Source: an uncultured Chloroflexia bacterium
Lineage (GTDB): Bacteria; Chloroflexota; Limnocylindria; Limnocylindrales; CSP1-4
NCBI GenBank assembly: GCA_963768655.1
Contig: CAVYIM010000008.1
Span: 33,584-97,583, forward strand
Direction of reading: 5' to 3'
DNA: 64,000 bases
Shown here: one piece after another, positions 40,123 through 49,635 of the stretch
How the letters are laid out: each line of letters opens with the position of its first letter
Position numbering within the stretch: position 1 is the stretch's first letter
Notes under the pieces: generated by a model
The model's input: only the letters and a program-made list of their open reading frames with translations
Databases searched by the model: none
Told to the model about the DNA's origin: nothing
Program-made: the position numbers and the translations under genes

Positions 40123-40617
40123 ATGACCAGGCTTCATGAAGAGATCGAAACTGCGCTGCCGTTGGATGTCGCGTTTCCGTTTGTTGCGGATTTCGCAAAC
40201 TCCAGTCGGTGGGACCCGGGCGTCAAGTCGTCCGAGCGCCTGGACCCGGGGCCGCTGGCGGTCGGCGCGCGTTACGCGCTCGTCGTTCGGATGGGCGGCC
40301 GGTTCGCCCCGATGGAATACCGGGTTTCAACGCTGGAGCCCCTGAACCGCGTAGTGCTCACGGGTTCGGGCTCGGGAGTCTCGGCCGTCGATGAGATCCG
40401 GTTCGAGCGATCGGGGACGGGCACCCACATCGACTACACGGCCGACATCCGGCTGGGCGGACTGCTGAGGTTGGTCCAGCCCTTTCTCGGCGGCTCGTTC
40501 CGGAAGATCGCGAAGGACGCGCTCGCGGGGATGGAGAAGACGCTGAGCGAGATGGCGGCACGAGAGACCGTGGGCTCGCAGGCGATAGCGACGGCGGCCC
40601 GGATCGCGGGCTCGTGA
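40123..40617 (+). CDS. SRPBCC/START-like family protein
   Basis: FVADFANSSRWDPGV; AGGAG RBS. Confidence 0.88.
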   Translation: MTRLHEEIETALPLDVAFPFVADFANSSRWDPGVKSSERLDPGPLAVGARYALVVRMGGRFAPMEYRVSTLEPLNRVVLTGSGSGVSAVDEIRFERSGTGTHIDYTADIRLGGLLRLVQPFLGGSFRKIAKDALAGMEKTLSEMAARETVGSQAIATAARIAGS

Positions 40618-40636
40618 TCTTCCCGCCGCTCCTGCC

Positions 40637-40663
40637 CCATCCGTTTTCGAGTTCGCTTCGAAC
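40637..40663 (+). promoter_or_regulatory. SigK-type ECF promoter
   Basis: CCATCCG-N15-CGAAC ending 8 bp before the ATG. Confidence 0.8.
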
Positions 40664-40671
40664 AGTGGCCG

Positions 40672-41952
40672 ATGGACAGAATGAAGGTTGCCGTAGTCGG
40701 TTCCGGGATCAGCGGCCTGACCGCTGCGTACGTGCTGAACGGCGAGCACGACGTCCGGTTGTTCGAGCGAGAGCCCGCCGCCGGCGGGCATACCGCCACC
40801 GTCTCGATTCAGACTGATCGCGGACGCGTGGCGGTGGACACCGGTTTCATCGTCTACAACGAAAAGACGTATCCGCTGTTCACGCGGCTCCTGGCCGAGC
40901 TGGGCGTCGAGACGCAGCCCAGCGACATGTCCTTCAGCTGCACCTGCGGCGCCTGCGGCATCGAATTCAGCAGCCGCGGAGCCGGCGGTTGGTTCCCCCG
41001 GCCAGGAACGGTCCTTCGGGCCTCGCATTGGAACATGATCCGCGAGGTCCTGCGCTTCTACGCCGACGCCCGCCAGCGCCTCGACTCAGGCGCCAACACG
41101 CGCGACACCCTGGGTGACTTCCTGGATCGCGGCCACTACGGCTCGGCCTTTCGGAACCACTTCATCGTTCCGGTAACGTCCGCGGTCTGGTCCACGGCCG
41201 CCGATCGCATTCTCGACTTCCCGGCCGACTACCTGCTCCACTTCCTCGACAACCACGGCCTCATCGGCTATCCGAGCAAGGTCAAGTGGCGAGTCGTGAA
41301 GGGCGGCTCCAACGAATACGTGAAGAAGATCCTCGCCACGCTGCCCGAAGGCGCCGTCCGCCTCGATAGCGGCGTCGTGTCGGTCACGCGGGACGGCGAC
41401 GGTGCCACGGTGACCACGACCGACGGCACCGCGGAGCGGTTCGACGCGGTGGTGATGGCCACTCACGCAGACGATGCCCTTGCGCTGCTACGCGACGCGG
41501 ACCTCGCGGAACGGAACGCGCTCTCGGGCTTCGACTACTCGCGCAACCAGGTCGTGCTCCACACCGACGAGCGGATCATGCCGAAGGCGCGGCGGGCGTG
41601 GGCGTCCTGGAATGTGGACGTGGCCGACTGCCGCCGCCCGGGCGGCGAGGTGACCATGACCTACCACATGAACCGGTTGCAGTCGCTGCCCGGCCCCGAA
41701 CAGTACTTCGTGTCGCTGAACCCGGGGAGGGAGATCGCAGCCGACCGCGTGATCGTCGCCCGCGAGTTCAGCCACCCGATGTACACGTTCCGGACGCTCG
41801 AGGCGCAGGGAGACCTGCGCGCCATCCAGGGACGGAATCGGACCTGGTACGCGGGTGCGCACCTCGGCTACGGCTTTCACGAGGACGGCTGCCGCTCCGG
41901 CTACGAAGCCGCGGCGATGGTGTCGACCTCGATCGAGGAGCTGGCGGCATGA
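40672..41952 (+). CDS. FAD-dependent oxidoreductase, UfaD/Rv0449c-like
   Basis: [38 protein letters not shown]. Confidence 0.92.
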   Translation: MDRMKVAVVGSGISGLTAAYVLNGEHDVRLFEREPAAGGHTATVSIQTDRGRVAVDTGFIVYNEKTYPLFTRLLAELGVETQPSDMSFSCTCGACGIEFSSRGAGGWFPRPGTVLRASHWNMIREVLRFYADARQRLDSGANTRDTLGDFLDRGHYGSAFRNHFIVPVTSAVWSTAADRILDFPADYLLHFLDNHGLIGYPSKVKWRVVKGGSNEYVKKILATLPEGAVRLDSGVVSVTRDGDGATVTTTDGTAERFDAVVMATHADDALALLRDADLAERNALSGFDYSRNQVVLHTDERIMPKARRAWASWNVDVADCRRPGGEVTMTYHMNRLQSLPGPEQYFVSLNPGREIAADRVIVAREFSHPMYTFRTLEAQGDLRAIQGRNRTWYAGAHLGYGFHEDGCRSGYEAAAMVSTSIEELAA

Positions 41953-42740
41953 GGTCGCACCTGCTGGCGGGCAAGGTCTACCATCGCCGTTCGAGCCCGT
42001 TCGTCTACGAGCTCGAGCACGATGTCTGGTACTTCGCGCTGGACCTGGACGAGATCGACGAGGTCGCCTCGAAGATCAGGTTGGTGAGCCGTAACCGGCG
42101 CAACGTCCTGACCTTCCGCGACGACGACCACATGCTGCCTCCGGCTGCGTCGCTCGCCGAATCCGTGCGGGAGCACCTCGCGAGCCACGGCGTAGACCCG
42201 GCGGACTGGCGTATCACCCTCGTCACGAACCTGCGGATCCTGGGACACGTCTTCAACCCCGCCAGCTTCTACCTGTGCCGCGATGGTGGCGGCGATCTTC
42301 GCACCGTGATCGTGGAGGTCAACAACACCCACGGCGAGCGGCGGCTGTATACGCTATGGCCGGAGCGGCGAGGTGACGAGCACAGGGCCTCGATGGCGAA
42401 GGACTTCTACGTGTCACCCTTCATCGACATGGACGCCGGCTACACGGTCCGGACGTGGGATCGCCCGAAAGAGCTGCGGATCGCGATCAACGAGACTGAG
42501 CACGGCTCGCCCGTGCTGACGGCCAGCCTTGTCCTGCGGCGCCTCCCGGCGACCAATCGCGCCGTGGGACGCCTTCTCGTCCGTTACCCATTCGTGACTC
42601 TCAAGACCATCGGCGCGATCTACTGGCACGCCCTGCGCCTGTGGCTGAAGGGGGCGGCCTTCCACCGCCACGGGACGGCGAGGAGCCACGCAACGAGTGT
42701 CGCCGGTTCCCTGCCACCCGGTCCGGAGACGGCTCGATGA
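41949..42740 (+). CDS. DUF1365 protein, UfaO/Rv0448c-like
   Basis: [44 protein letters not shown]. Confidence 0.92.
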   Translation: MRSHLLAGKVYHRRSSPFVYELEHDVWYFALDLDEIDEVASKIRLVSRNRRNVLTFRDDDHMLPPAASLAESVREHLASHGVDPADWRITLVTNLRILGHVFNPASFYLCRDGGGDLRTVIVEVNNTHGERRLYTLWPERRGDEHRASMAKDFYVSPFIDMDAGYTVRTWDRPKELRIAINETEHGSPVLTASLVLRRLPATNRAVGRLLVRYPFVTLKTIGAIYWHALRLWLKGAAFHRHGTARSHATSVAGSLPPGPETAR

Positions 42741-43996
42741 GCGCTCGAATCGCTGCGCCCGCCCGAGTCTCCGAACGGCGGGGCCTGGCTCGGTTGCCGG
42801 GTCTCGAAGCCGCTGCCTGGCGAGCGGCTCTGACGATGGCCTCGCGCATCCGGATCGGCTGCCTGACAGTTGTTGAACCTGACGGCCGCCGCCACGTGTA
42901 CGGCGACAATTCCTCCGATCGCCGGGCCGAGATACGTGTCCATGACAGGGCCGCGGCTCTGCGCGTGGTCATGAACGGCGACACCGGTGCCGGAGAGGCT
43001 TACATGGACGGGCAGTGGTCGAGCCCCGACCTGGCCGCTCTTCTCTCGCTGGCCGCGCTCAATCGCGAAGCCCTGGACCTGTCGGGCGGGCTGTGGCACG
43101 CCATCACGCAGCTGCCGCGGACTCTCCTGCATCGATCGCGGCGCAATACCGTCTCGGGCAGCCGACGCAACATCGCCGCCCACTACGACCTCGGCAACGA
43201 CTTCTACCGCCTCTTCCTCGACGAGACCATGACCTACTCGTGCGCCGTGTTCGAGTCGCCGGATCAATCGCTCGCCGAGGCCCAGCGGAACAAGTACCGC
43301 CGCATCGCCGAAGGCGCCGGCCTGCGACCCGGGATGCACGTCCTGGAGATCGGCTCGGGCTGGGGTGGCTTCGCGATCTACGCCGCGGGCGAGCTCGGCT
43401 GCCGCGTGACGTCGGTCACGATCTCGAAGGCCCAGCGGGACCTGGCGGTCGAGCGGGTCAGGGCCGCCGGACTGCAGGATCTCGTGGACATCCAGCTGCG
43501 AGACTACCGCGAGATCGAGGGCACCTTCGACGCCATCGTGTCTATCGAGATGCTCGAGGCCGTGGGCGCCGAGTACTACGAGGCCTTCTTCGAGGCCTGC
43601 GATCGAGCGCTGAAGCCGGGCGGCCGACTGAGCCTGCAGACGATCGCGTTTCCGGATGTTGCCTACGAACGGCAGCGGCGAGGGGCCAACTGGATCCAGC
43701 TCTACATATTCCCGGGCGGCCTTCTGCCGTCCCTTTCGGTCATCGAGAGGTCGCTTCATCGGACCCGGCTCGTGGTCTCCGGCGTGACCGACATCGCGTC
43801 GAGCTACGTGCGCACCCTGCAGGAGTGGCGTAGCCGCTTCATGGGGAACCTCGATGCGGTCAAGGCACAGGGCTTCGACGAGCGTTTCATCAGGATGTGG
43901 GAGTACTACCTGGCGATCAGCGAAGCCGGCTTCGCCACCGGCCTGACGCAGGACTTCGAGCTCGTCTTGGAGAAGAAGCGCGGCCTCGAGGGCTGA
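42737..43996 (+). CDS. Cyclopropane-fatty-acid synthase family methyltransferase, UfaM/UfaA1-like
   Basis: NIAAHYDLGNDFY, LEIGSGWGG, SIEMLEAVG, YIFPGG, RMWEYYL. Confidence 0.94.
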   Translation: MSARIAAPARVSERRGLARLPGLEAAAWRAALTMASRIRIGCLTVVEPDGRRHVYGDNSSDRRAEIRVHDRAAALRVVMNGDTGAGEAYMDGQWSSPDLAALLSLAALNREALDLSGGLWHAITQLPRTLLHRSRRNTVSGSRRNIAAHYDLGNDFYRLFLDETMTYSCAVFESPDQSLAEAQRNKYRRIAEGAGLRPGMHVLEIGSGWGGFAIYAAGELGCRVTSVTISKAQRDLAVERVRAAGLQDLVDIQLRDYREIEGTFDAIVSIEMLEAVGAEYYEAFFEACDRALKPGGRLSLQTIAFPDVAYERQRRGANWIQLYIFPGGLLPSLSVIERSLHRTRLVVSGVTDIASSYVRTLQEWRSRFMGNLDAVKAQGFDERFIRMWEYYLAISEAGFATGLTQDFELVLEKKRGLEG

Positions 43997-44020
43997 CCGC
44001 CGAACGGCTTCTGGCGCCGA

Positions 44021-44734
44021 TCAGCGGCGATCGACATCCTCCGGGCCCGGGCTCAGCGAGCGGGCGAACCGCTGCGCGTCGGCCAGTGAGTGGCAGACCA
44101 GGCTGGCCCCCGCGAGCTCCGCGATGGCGGCGATCCCGTTCCCGCCGACCATGAGCGGCAACTCGGCCACGCTCCCGCCTGCGGCTCGGAGCGCATCGAC
44201 CGTCCGGCGGAGCGCTTCCAGCCGATCGGCCGTTCCGATGGACAGGGCCACCAGGGCCACTTCCCGTGCGGATATGAAGGTCACGAGGTCGTCGGCGGGG
44301 ACGTTCGCCCCGAGGTTCTCGACATGCCAGCCGTCGTCCTCGAGGACCTGGGCGAGGCAGGCGAGTCCGGCGACATGCTGTTCCATCTCCGGCGCCGCGA
44401 GCACGGCCGTGGGTCCTATGCGCGACTCGGGAGTCTCGGGTGGCCTCACGCGCGACAGCGCCTGGTTGAGCGCGACGCTGGCCAGGTGCTCGACCGATAC
44501 CGACCACTGGCCCTCCTGCCAGCGAGTTCCAACCAGCTCCATCGCCGGTCGCACTACCTCGTCGTAGACCTCGGCCCTGGAGCGTTCGGCCAGGGCCTGG
44601 CTCATGACCCAGGCTGCCATGTCGTCGTCGCCATCGGCCAGGAGGGAAGCCAGGAACTCGGGCGCCGCGATGTCTCCGTCCGGCGCAATCTGGGCCGCAA
44701 CCTTGGGGAGTTCCGGCATCGGCGAGTCATTCAC
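44021..44734 (-). CDS. Stand-alone cobalamin-binding protein with CarH-type signature, no DNA-binding domain (alternative start 44719)
   Basis: Wx9EH (WQEGQWSVSVEH), ExHxxG (EQHVAG), LGANVP, ALS, VGG. Confidence 0.88.
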   Translation of the reverse strand: MNDSPMPELPKVAAQIAPDGDIAAPEFLASLLADGDDDMAAWVMSQALAERSRAEVYDEVVRPAMELVGTRWQEGQWSVSVEHLASVALNQALSRVRPPETPESRIGPTAVLAAPEMEQHVAGLACLAQVLEDDGWHVENLGANVPADDLVTFISAREVALVALSIGTADRLEALRRTVDALRAAGGSVAELPLMVGGNGIAAIAELAGASLVCHSLADAQRFARSLSPGPEDVDRR

Positions 44735-45495
44735 TATCGGGATCCTCCTGCCGCTGCCGCGGGCTCGGCATCGAAGGGTGCCGTCACGAACTGGGCTATC
44801 TTCAATGCCTGTTCGATGATCGAACCAAACCGGATGGCGCATCGAACCAAACCGGATTGCGTTCGACCGCCCGGGCCCTCCGCTGCTCGCCTGCGATCTC
44901 CCGTGCCGGGGACGCCGCGCGACTTGCCGCCGTCGCCTGGCGACTCGCCTTCAGACAGATCCGTCTCCAGAGACGCTCGGAGTCGAAGCAAGGCCGTCCG
45001 GATGCGTGTCTTCGCTGTCCCGAGCGGGATCCCCTCGCGCTCGGCGACCTCCACGTGGGTCAGCCCCTGGATGAAGGCAAGGCTGAGCGCCCGCCGCTGA
45101 TCCTCGGGCAGGCGGCTTATCGCGTCGTTCAGTCGCCGGCGGCGAAGCCCCCGCCAGACCTCGTCGTGGACGTCGTCCGGAGCCTCATACAGCTCGAGGT
45201 CCACCTCGGCCGTCTGGCGCTTGGCGGCCGCCTCGCGGCGCACGGCGTCGATTGCCTTGTAGCGGGCCAGCGTGAACATCCACGGTCCAAGGGAGCCACG
45301 GGCGGGGTCGAACCTGAGCGGGTCCTGCCACACGGCCATGAAGGCGTCCTGGACCGCTTCCTGGGAAAGCCGCTCGGATTGGGTCACGCGCATGGCCACG
45401 GAGTACATGCCCGGCGCGAAACGCTCGTGGAGGATCTCGATGGCGTGCTGGTCGCCGGCAGATATCCGTGCCAGCAGTTCCGTGTCCTCCACCAT
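44734..45495 (-). CDS. ECF sigma factor, SigK-like, with long C-terminal extension
   Basis: VQDAFMAVW, FDPARGS, ARYKAIDAVR, IPLGTAKTRIR. Confidence 0.92.
   Translation of the reverse strand: MVEDTELLARISAGDQHAIEILHERFAPGMYSVAMRVTQSERLSQEAVQDAFMAVWQDPLRFDPARGSLGPWMFTLARYKAIDAVRREAAAKRQTAEVDLELYEAPDDVHDEVWRGLRRRRLNDAISRLPEDQRRALSLAFIQGLTHVEVAEREGIPLGTAKTRIRTALLRLRASLETDLSEGESPGDGGKSRGVPGTGDRRRAAEGPGGRTQSGLVRCAIRFGSIIEQALKIAQFVTAPFDAEPAAAAGGSR
44811..44837 (-). promoter_or_regulatory. SigK-type ECF promoter upstream of the B12 protein, inside the sigma 3' end
   Basis: Minus strand CCATCCG-N15-CGAAC. Confidence 0.75.
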
Positions 45496-45622
45496 CGCCT
45501 CGCAGCGGGCGGCAGTGATAGGCCGCCGTATCGCAACCGAGTATATCGGGCGGTCCGGGTCCCGGTCGGTGCCCCTCTCGGGACGCAGCAAGCGACCCGG
45601 ACGGCGCATTTCCGCTCGGACG

Positions 45623-45649
45623 CCATCCGAATGGACACATCTCTCGAAC
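45623..45649 (+). promoter_or_regulatory. SigK-type ECF promoter upstream of ABC exporter
   Basis: CCATCCG-N15-CGAAC, 30 bp before the ATG. Confidence 0.8.
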
Positions 45650-45679
45650 TGGGAGTAACCAACCCAGTGAGGAACACGC

Positions 45680-46645
45680 ATGGACCCACATTACTCGCCC
45701 GGCATAGTCGTAGACGATCTGATCAAGAGATACGCCCCCGACGCTCCGCCGGCTGTAGACGGCCTTTCATTCGAGGTTCGACCGGGAGAGATCTACGGCC
45801 TTCTGGGGCCAAACGGTTCCGGCAAGTCGACCACGATTGGTGTCCTGGCCACGCTGCTCCTGCCTACGTCAGGGACGGTGCGCGTCGCGGGCTTTGAGGT
45901 CGTCGGGCAGGCCGTCGAGGTTCGGCGGCGAATCGGCGTTGCCCTCCAGGAGACCGGTGTCGACTCCGCCGCCACCGGACGCGACCTGATCGCCAGGCAT
46001 GCCCGGCTCCTCGGGACCTCCCGATCGGAGGCCGGACGGCGTGCCGATCGGCTGCTCCGCGAGTTCGATCTCACCGACGCCGCCGAGAAACGGCTCAAGG
46101 CCTATTCGGGGGGCATGCGAAGGCGCCTCGACCTGGCGCTCGCCCTGGTGGGTCGACCCAGCGTGGTCTTCCTCGACGAGCCGACCACAGGTCTCGATCC
46201 AATCTCCCGCCAGGCGCTGTGGGAGCGCATGGCACGCCTCCGCGCCGATGGCGTGACCGTGCTGCTGACCACGCAGTACCTCGAGGAGGCGGACGCGCTC
46301 GCAGACCGGATAGGAATCGTCGCCGCCGGACGCTTGCGCGTCGAGGGTACCGCCGACGAGCTCAAGCGGAGCATAGGCGGTGACGTGCTGACGATCGACG
46401 TCCGGCCGGACCTCGAGGAACGTGCGGCGACGCTGCTGGGCGGCCGGGGCGAAGGGCGTGGCCGAGTTGCCCTGGAAGTTCGCGACGGCGGTGCCGCAGT
46501 GCCGCGCACCCTGGCGACCCTCACCGCGGCCGGGATCGAACCCGTGAGCGTGGCTCTTGCTCGGCCCACGCTGGACGACGTCTTCCGCCGCGTGGTCGGC
46601 GGCCATCTCATCGAGAAGTCAGAGCCCCAGGAGGTGGCCGCATGA
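45680..46645 (+). CDS. DrrA-like ABC ATP-binding protein
   Basis: GPNGSGKS, YSGGMRRRLDLA, LDEPTTGLDP, TTQYLEEAD. Confidence 0.93.
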   Translation: MDPHYSPGIVVDDLIKRYAPDAPPAVDGLSFEVRPGEIYGLLGPNGSGKSTTIGVLATLLLPTSGTVRVAGFEVVGQAVEVRRRIGVALQETGVDSAATGRDLIARHARLLGTSRSEAGRRADRLLREFDLTDAAEKRLKAYSGGMRRRLDLALALVGRPSVVFLDEPTTGLDPISRQALWERMARLRADGVTVLLTTQYLEEADALADRIGIVAAGRLRVEGTADELKRSIGGDVLTIDVRPDLEERAATLLGGRGEGRGRVALEVRDGGAAVPRTLATLTAAGIEPVSVALARPTLDDVFRRVVGGHLIEKSEPQEVAA

Positions 46646-47457
46646 ACGCGACCGTCAGCCGGTTACCGGAAACGGCGCTGCTGCCCGCATCGCCCTCCTT
46701 CGTCACACAGGTCGGCATCCTGCTCGCGCGCCTGCTGCGCCAGCTGGTCGTATCCCCGACGACCTACATCAATCTCGCCATCAGTCTGTTCTTCCTCGCC
46801 GTGTATACGGGTGCGTTCGGCGCCTCGCCCGGGTTCGAGAAGCTCATCGGGGCGAACTTCCTCACGTTCATCCTGCCGGTGTCGATCGTGAACGCATCCC
46901 TTGCCGGCTCGGTCGCCGGGCAACTCCTGGTCACGGATCTCGAGACCGGGTACCTACGGCGTCTTCAGACAATGCCCATAAGCCGAGTGGCAATTGTTCT
47001 TGCGCCGATGATCGTGGGCGCCATTCTGGTTCTCGCCCAGGCCGCTCTGGTCGTGGGTGTGGGCATGCTCCTGGGGGCGACTTCCGCTACGGGCGCGGCT
47101 GGGCTGTTGGTCGTGCTCGCGCTGTCGCTGTTATGGGGCATGGCGTTTGCCGGCTATGCCGTGGCCACCGGTCTGCTGGCCGGTAACGCCGCGGCGGCTC
47201 AGGCGGCCACGTTCGTATTCTTTCCGCTCGTCTTCCTGGCGCCGACCTTCATGCCGCGCGCGCAGCTTCAGGGCTGGCTTCAGGTGGCCGCCGCCTTCAA
47301 CCCGACGACGTACGTTCTGGAGTCGATGCGTGGCGTCCTGATCAGCGGCTGGAGCCCGGGGCAACTGACATCCGGCTTCGCCGTCATCGGCGGGCTGTGT
47401 GTCGCGGCCACTCTCTGGGCGACGCGCGTGGCACGGCGAACGACAAGCCGACGCTGA
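46642..47457 (+). CDS. ABC-2 (DrrB-like) permease
   Basis: ATGA overlap; DLETGYLRRL..PISR, NPTTY. Confidence 0.92.
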   Translation: MNATVSRLPETALLPASPSFVTQVGILLARLLRQLVVSPTTYINLAISLFFLAVYTGAFGASPGFEKLIGANFLTFILPVSIVNASLAGSVAGQLLVTDLETGYLRRLQTMPISRVAIVLAPMIVGAILVLAQAALVVGVGMLLGATSATGAAGLLVVLALSLLWGMAFAGYAVATGLLAGNAAAAQAATFVFFPLVFLAPTFMPRAQLQGWLQVAAAFNPTTYVLESMRGVLISGWSPGQLTSGFAVIGGLCVAATLWATRVARRTTSRR

Positions 47458-48210
47458 ACGGTCTGTTGGCCGGAACGCGGAAAGGACCGCGCGACGGATC
47501 GTGGGGGTCGAGAACCCCGACTCGCCACGCAACACCCTCGTTTGTAGATTTGGCCTGCGGCCTGTTGATCTAGCCCATGCGGGCCGTCACAACCTCGTTC
47601 GTGACAACTGGACGGTGGCGGTCACAGGCTGGGTGCGATGTGCCGAATCGGGATATTCAGGTCGGGCGGTTCGGGATCGACCTTGGGCGGTATCTGCGCA
47701 TGCGTCACCCCGAGCCAGGCGGAAACAGGGGGCAGCGAGCGTAGCTCGGAGGTGTCCTTCCAACTGGGCCCCCAACACGCTGAGGTGTAATCGCGATCGC
47801 CCCGTCGCCTACCTTACGACCGAATAGTGGCATCCCACACGGCGGTCCTGATGCAGTAGAGAAACTCGTCACCGCTCGGCGAGGCCGCCAGGCGAGGCCG
47901 CCAGACCCGGAGGGGATGACTGTCGTTGGCCCCCAAACTCATGGTTGTTGCGACGCTCGCCAGAATCCGCCTTATCGCGATTTAGGGTTTCTGACCCCCA
48001 CGGGCCTGAAGGGTGCCGGCCTCGTTGATGTCGAGTCCCAACGAGCCCTTGAGACCCTGGGCCGGTTTGCGTCAGACATCGGGCCGCTGTGACGCTCGCC
48101 TATGGCGCTGAAGCGCTCGTTTCGGCCGACGGTCCGTTTGCCGCCGGCGGTCGACGGCCTCTTGTAATGCCCCCACCACGAGGTTCGCGCGCCGGCTTGC
48201 GCCGCGCTCG

Positions 48211-48885
48211 TTACTTGGCGAGCAGCTTCGCCTTCTGCGTGGCGAACTCGGCGTCGGTCAGGATCCCCCTGTCCCTCAGAGTGGCGAGCTTTGTCAGTTC
48301 GTCGGCCACGTCCGGTTCCGCCGTTGTGGCCTGCGTATCCCTCAATCGGGCCGTCATCGCCTGTATGTTTTCCAGAGTCGCGTCGACATCGTCGCTCGAT
48401 CCCGCCGACCTGGCGTTTGGCGCCTGGCGCACTCGCTTGTTGTACTGCTGGGCGTAGGCGACGGGATCGATCGTCACGCGCTTGTGGTTGAACTTGGCGA
48501 CTCGCACCGGAATCGTCTCCCCCTGGGAGAGACTGGCGCATATGTACAGCATCGTCTTGTAGGGCTGCCAGCCGGGAACGGTCACTTCCAGGCCATACTT
48601 CCACACGTACGGCGCGTTCCAGGCGAACTCGCCTTCCTGCACGACCGTATTCGTCTGGTCGGCCGACAGGACGAGCGCCGTACCGGGCACACCATTCCTG
48701 GCGAGGCGCCTGTCGCCGCCACGGATCACCGCCATCGACAGGTACATCGCGTACACGAACGCGGCCCAGGTCACGACCTGTTCGATGACGAGCCCCAGCA
48801 CACCGAAGAGCAGCGCCGGCAGCATCAGGACACAGCCGGCGACGAAGATCACCCAGCACCAGACTTGCATCCGCCACGCGTTCAT
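48211..48885 (-). CDS. Membrane protein with C-terminal SHOCT domain
   Basis: Two TM helices; ELTKLATLRDRGILTDAEFATQKAKLL; AAGGAG RBS. Confidence 0.88.
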   Translation of the reverse strand: MNAWRMQVWCWVIFVAGCVLMLPALLFGVLGLVIEQVVTWAAFVYAMYLSMAVIRGGDRRLARNGVPGTALVLSADQTNTVVQEGEFAWNAPYVWKYGLEVTVPGWQPYKTMLYICASLSQGETIPVRVAKFNHKRVTIDPVAYAQQYNKRVRQAPNARSAGSSDDVDATLENIQAMTARLRDTQATTAEPDVADELTKLATLRDRGILTDAEFATQKAKLLAK

Positions 48886-49052
48886 CTCAGAACTCCTTCC
48901 GGCGTCGACACCGCAAAGATACGGTTTGGGCGAAGCGGACCCCGCACGCAGCTCGCTCGGACGATCGTAGCAAACGGACAGGCACGTCAGGCGGTCATTG
49001 GTCAGAGTCGTTCGACGCCCGACGGACGTCCTTTCCCGGCCGCGGTCATGGC

Positions 49053-49158
49053 TCACCCAGCAGGCTCGCCGGTCTTACGCATCGGTTCGGCTGGAACGCC
49101 CACGACCTTGACGTCGGCGGCCACATCCTTGACGGCTACCGCGCCCATCCCAATCTGA
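49053..49158 (-). pseudogene. 3' remnant of hexapeptide-repeat acetyltransferase
   Basis: IGMGAVAVKDVAADVKVVGVPA* without the rest of the gene. Confidence 0.55.
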
Positions 49159-49459
49159 TTCTGCTCGAGCTGCAGGCCCGTCCAAGCGGCCATGCGAGGC
49201 AACTCGCCGCCGAGGCCACCGCGCGGACGGGCTCGGTGGCGGCGGCCGGGCGACAGCCCTGTGATGAGCGCTTCCGGACGCCGGTCAACTCGATCGCCCG
49301 CTGCGGCCGGCCGGTTGGCCACAGCGGGCCCCACGGCGAGGGGGAGGGCGAGTGACTCCGGGGCGCTCGAAGGCCCGGGACGACCGACACCATGGAACGA
49401 TCGTGTGATGAGGGATGCGTTTGCCGGGCAGCGACGGCCCGCCGGACGGTCCTCTAACG

Positions 49460-49490
49460 AAAAGGCGGCGAGCCGTCAGGCCCGCCGCCT
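49460..49490 (-). terminator. Intrinsic terminator-like hairpin
   Basis: Minus strand AGGCGGCGGGCC-TGAC-GGCTCGCCGCCT followed by TTT. Confidence 0.6.
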
Positions 49491-49536
49491 CTCGGGTACG
49501 CGAAGGAATGTCGGGCGACAAGTCCTCGCATCCTGG

Positions 49537-49635
49537 TTATCGATTGAAGCTACCGAAGATCAGGGCCACGAGCGGCGTACCCATCACGCCCGCGAACCGG
49601 GTCGCGAGCCCGAGGACCACTTGTCCAGTAGCCAT
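49537..49635 (-). CDS. Candidate 32-aa hydrophobic small protein
   Basis: MATGQVVLGLATRFAGVMGTPLVALIFGSFNR*, followed by a terminator; no clear RBS. Confidence 0.3.
   Translation of the reverse strand: MATGQVVLGLATRFAGVMGTPLVALIFGSFNR

Noticed and set aside
47585-47605. GTCACAAC..GTGAC resembling a SAM-SAH riboswitch
   Set aside because: Loop does not match and no downstream SAM-related gene
47842-47875. Hammerhead-like CTGATG..GAAA..GTC within a stem
   Set aside because: Core reads CUGAUGC not CUGANGA and stems II/III cannot form
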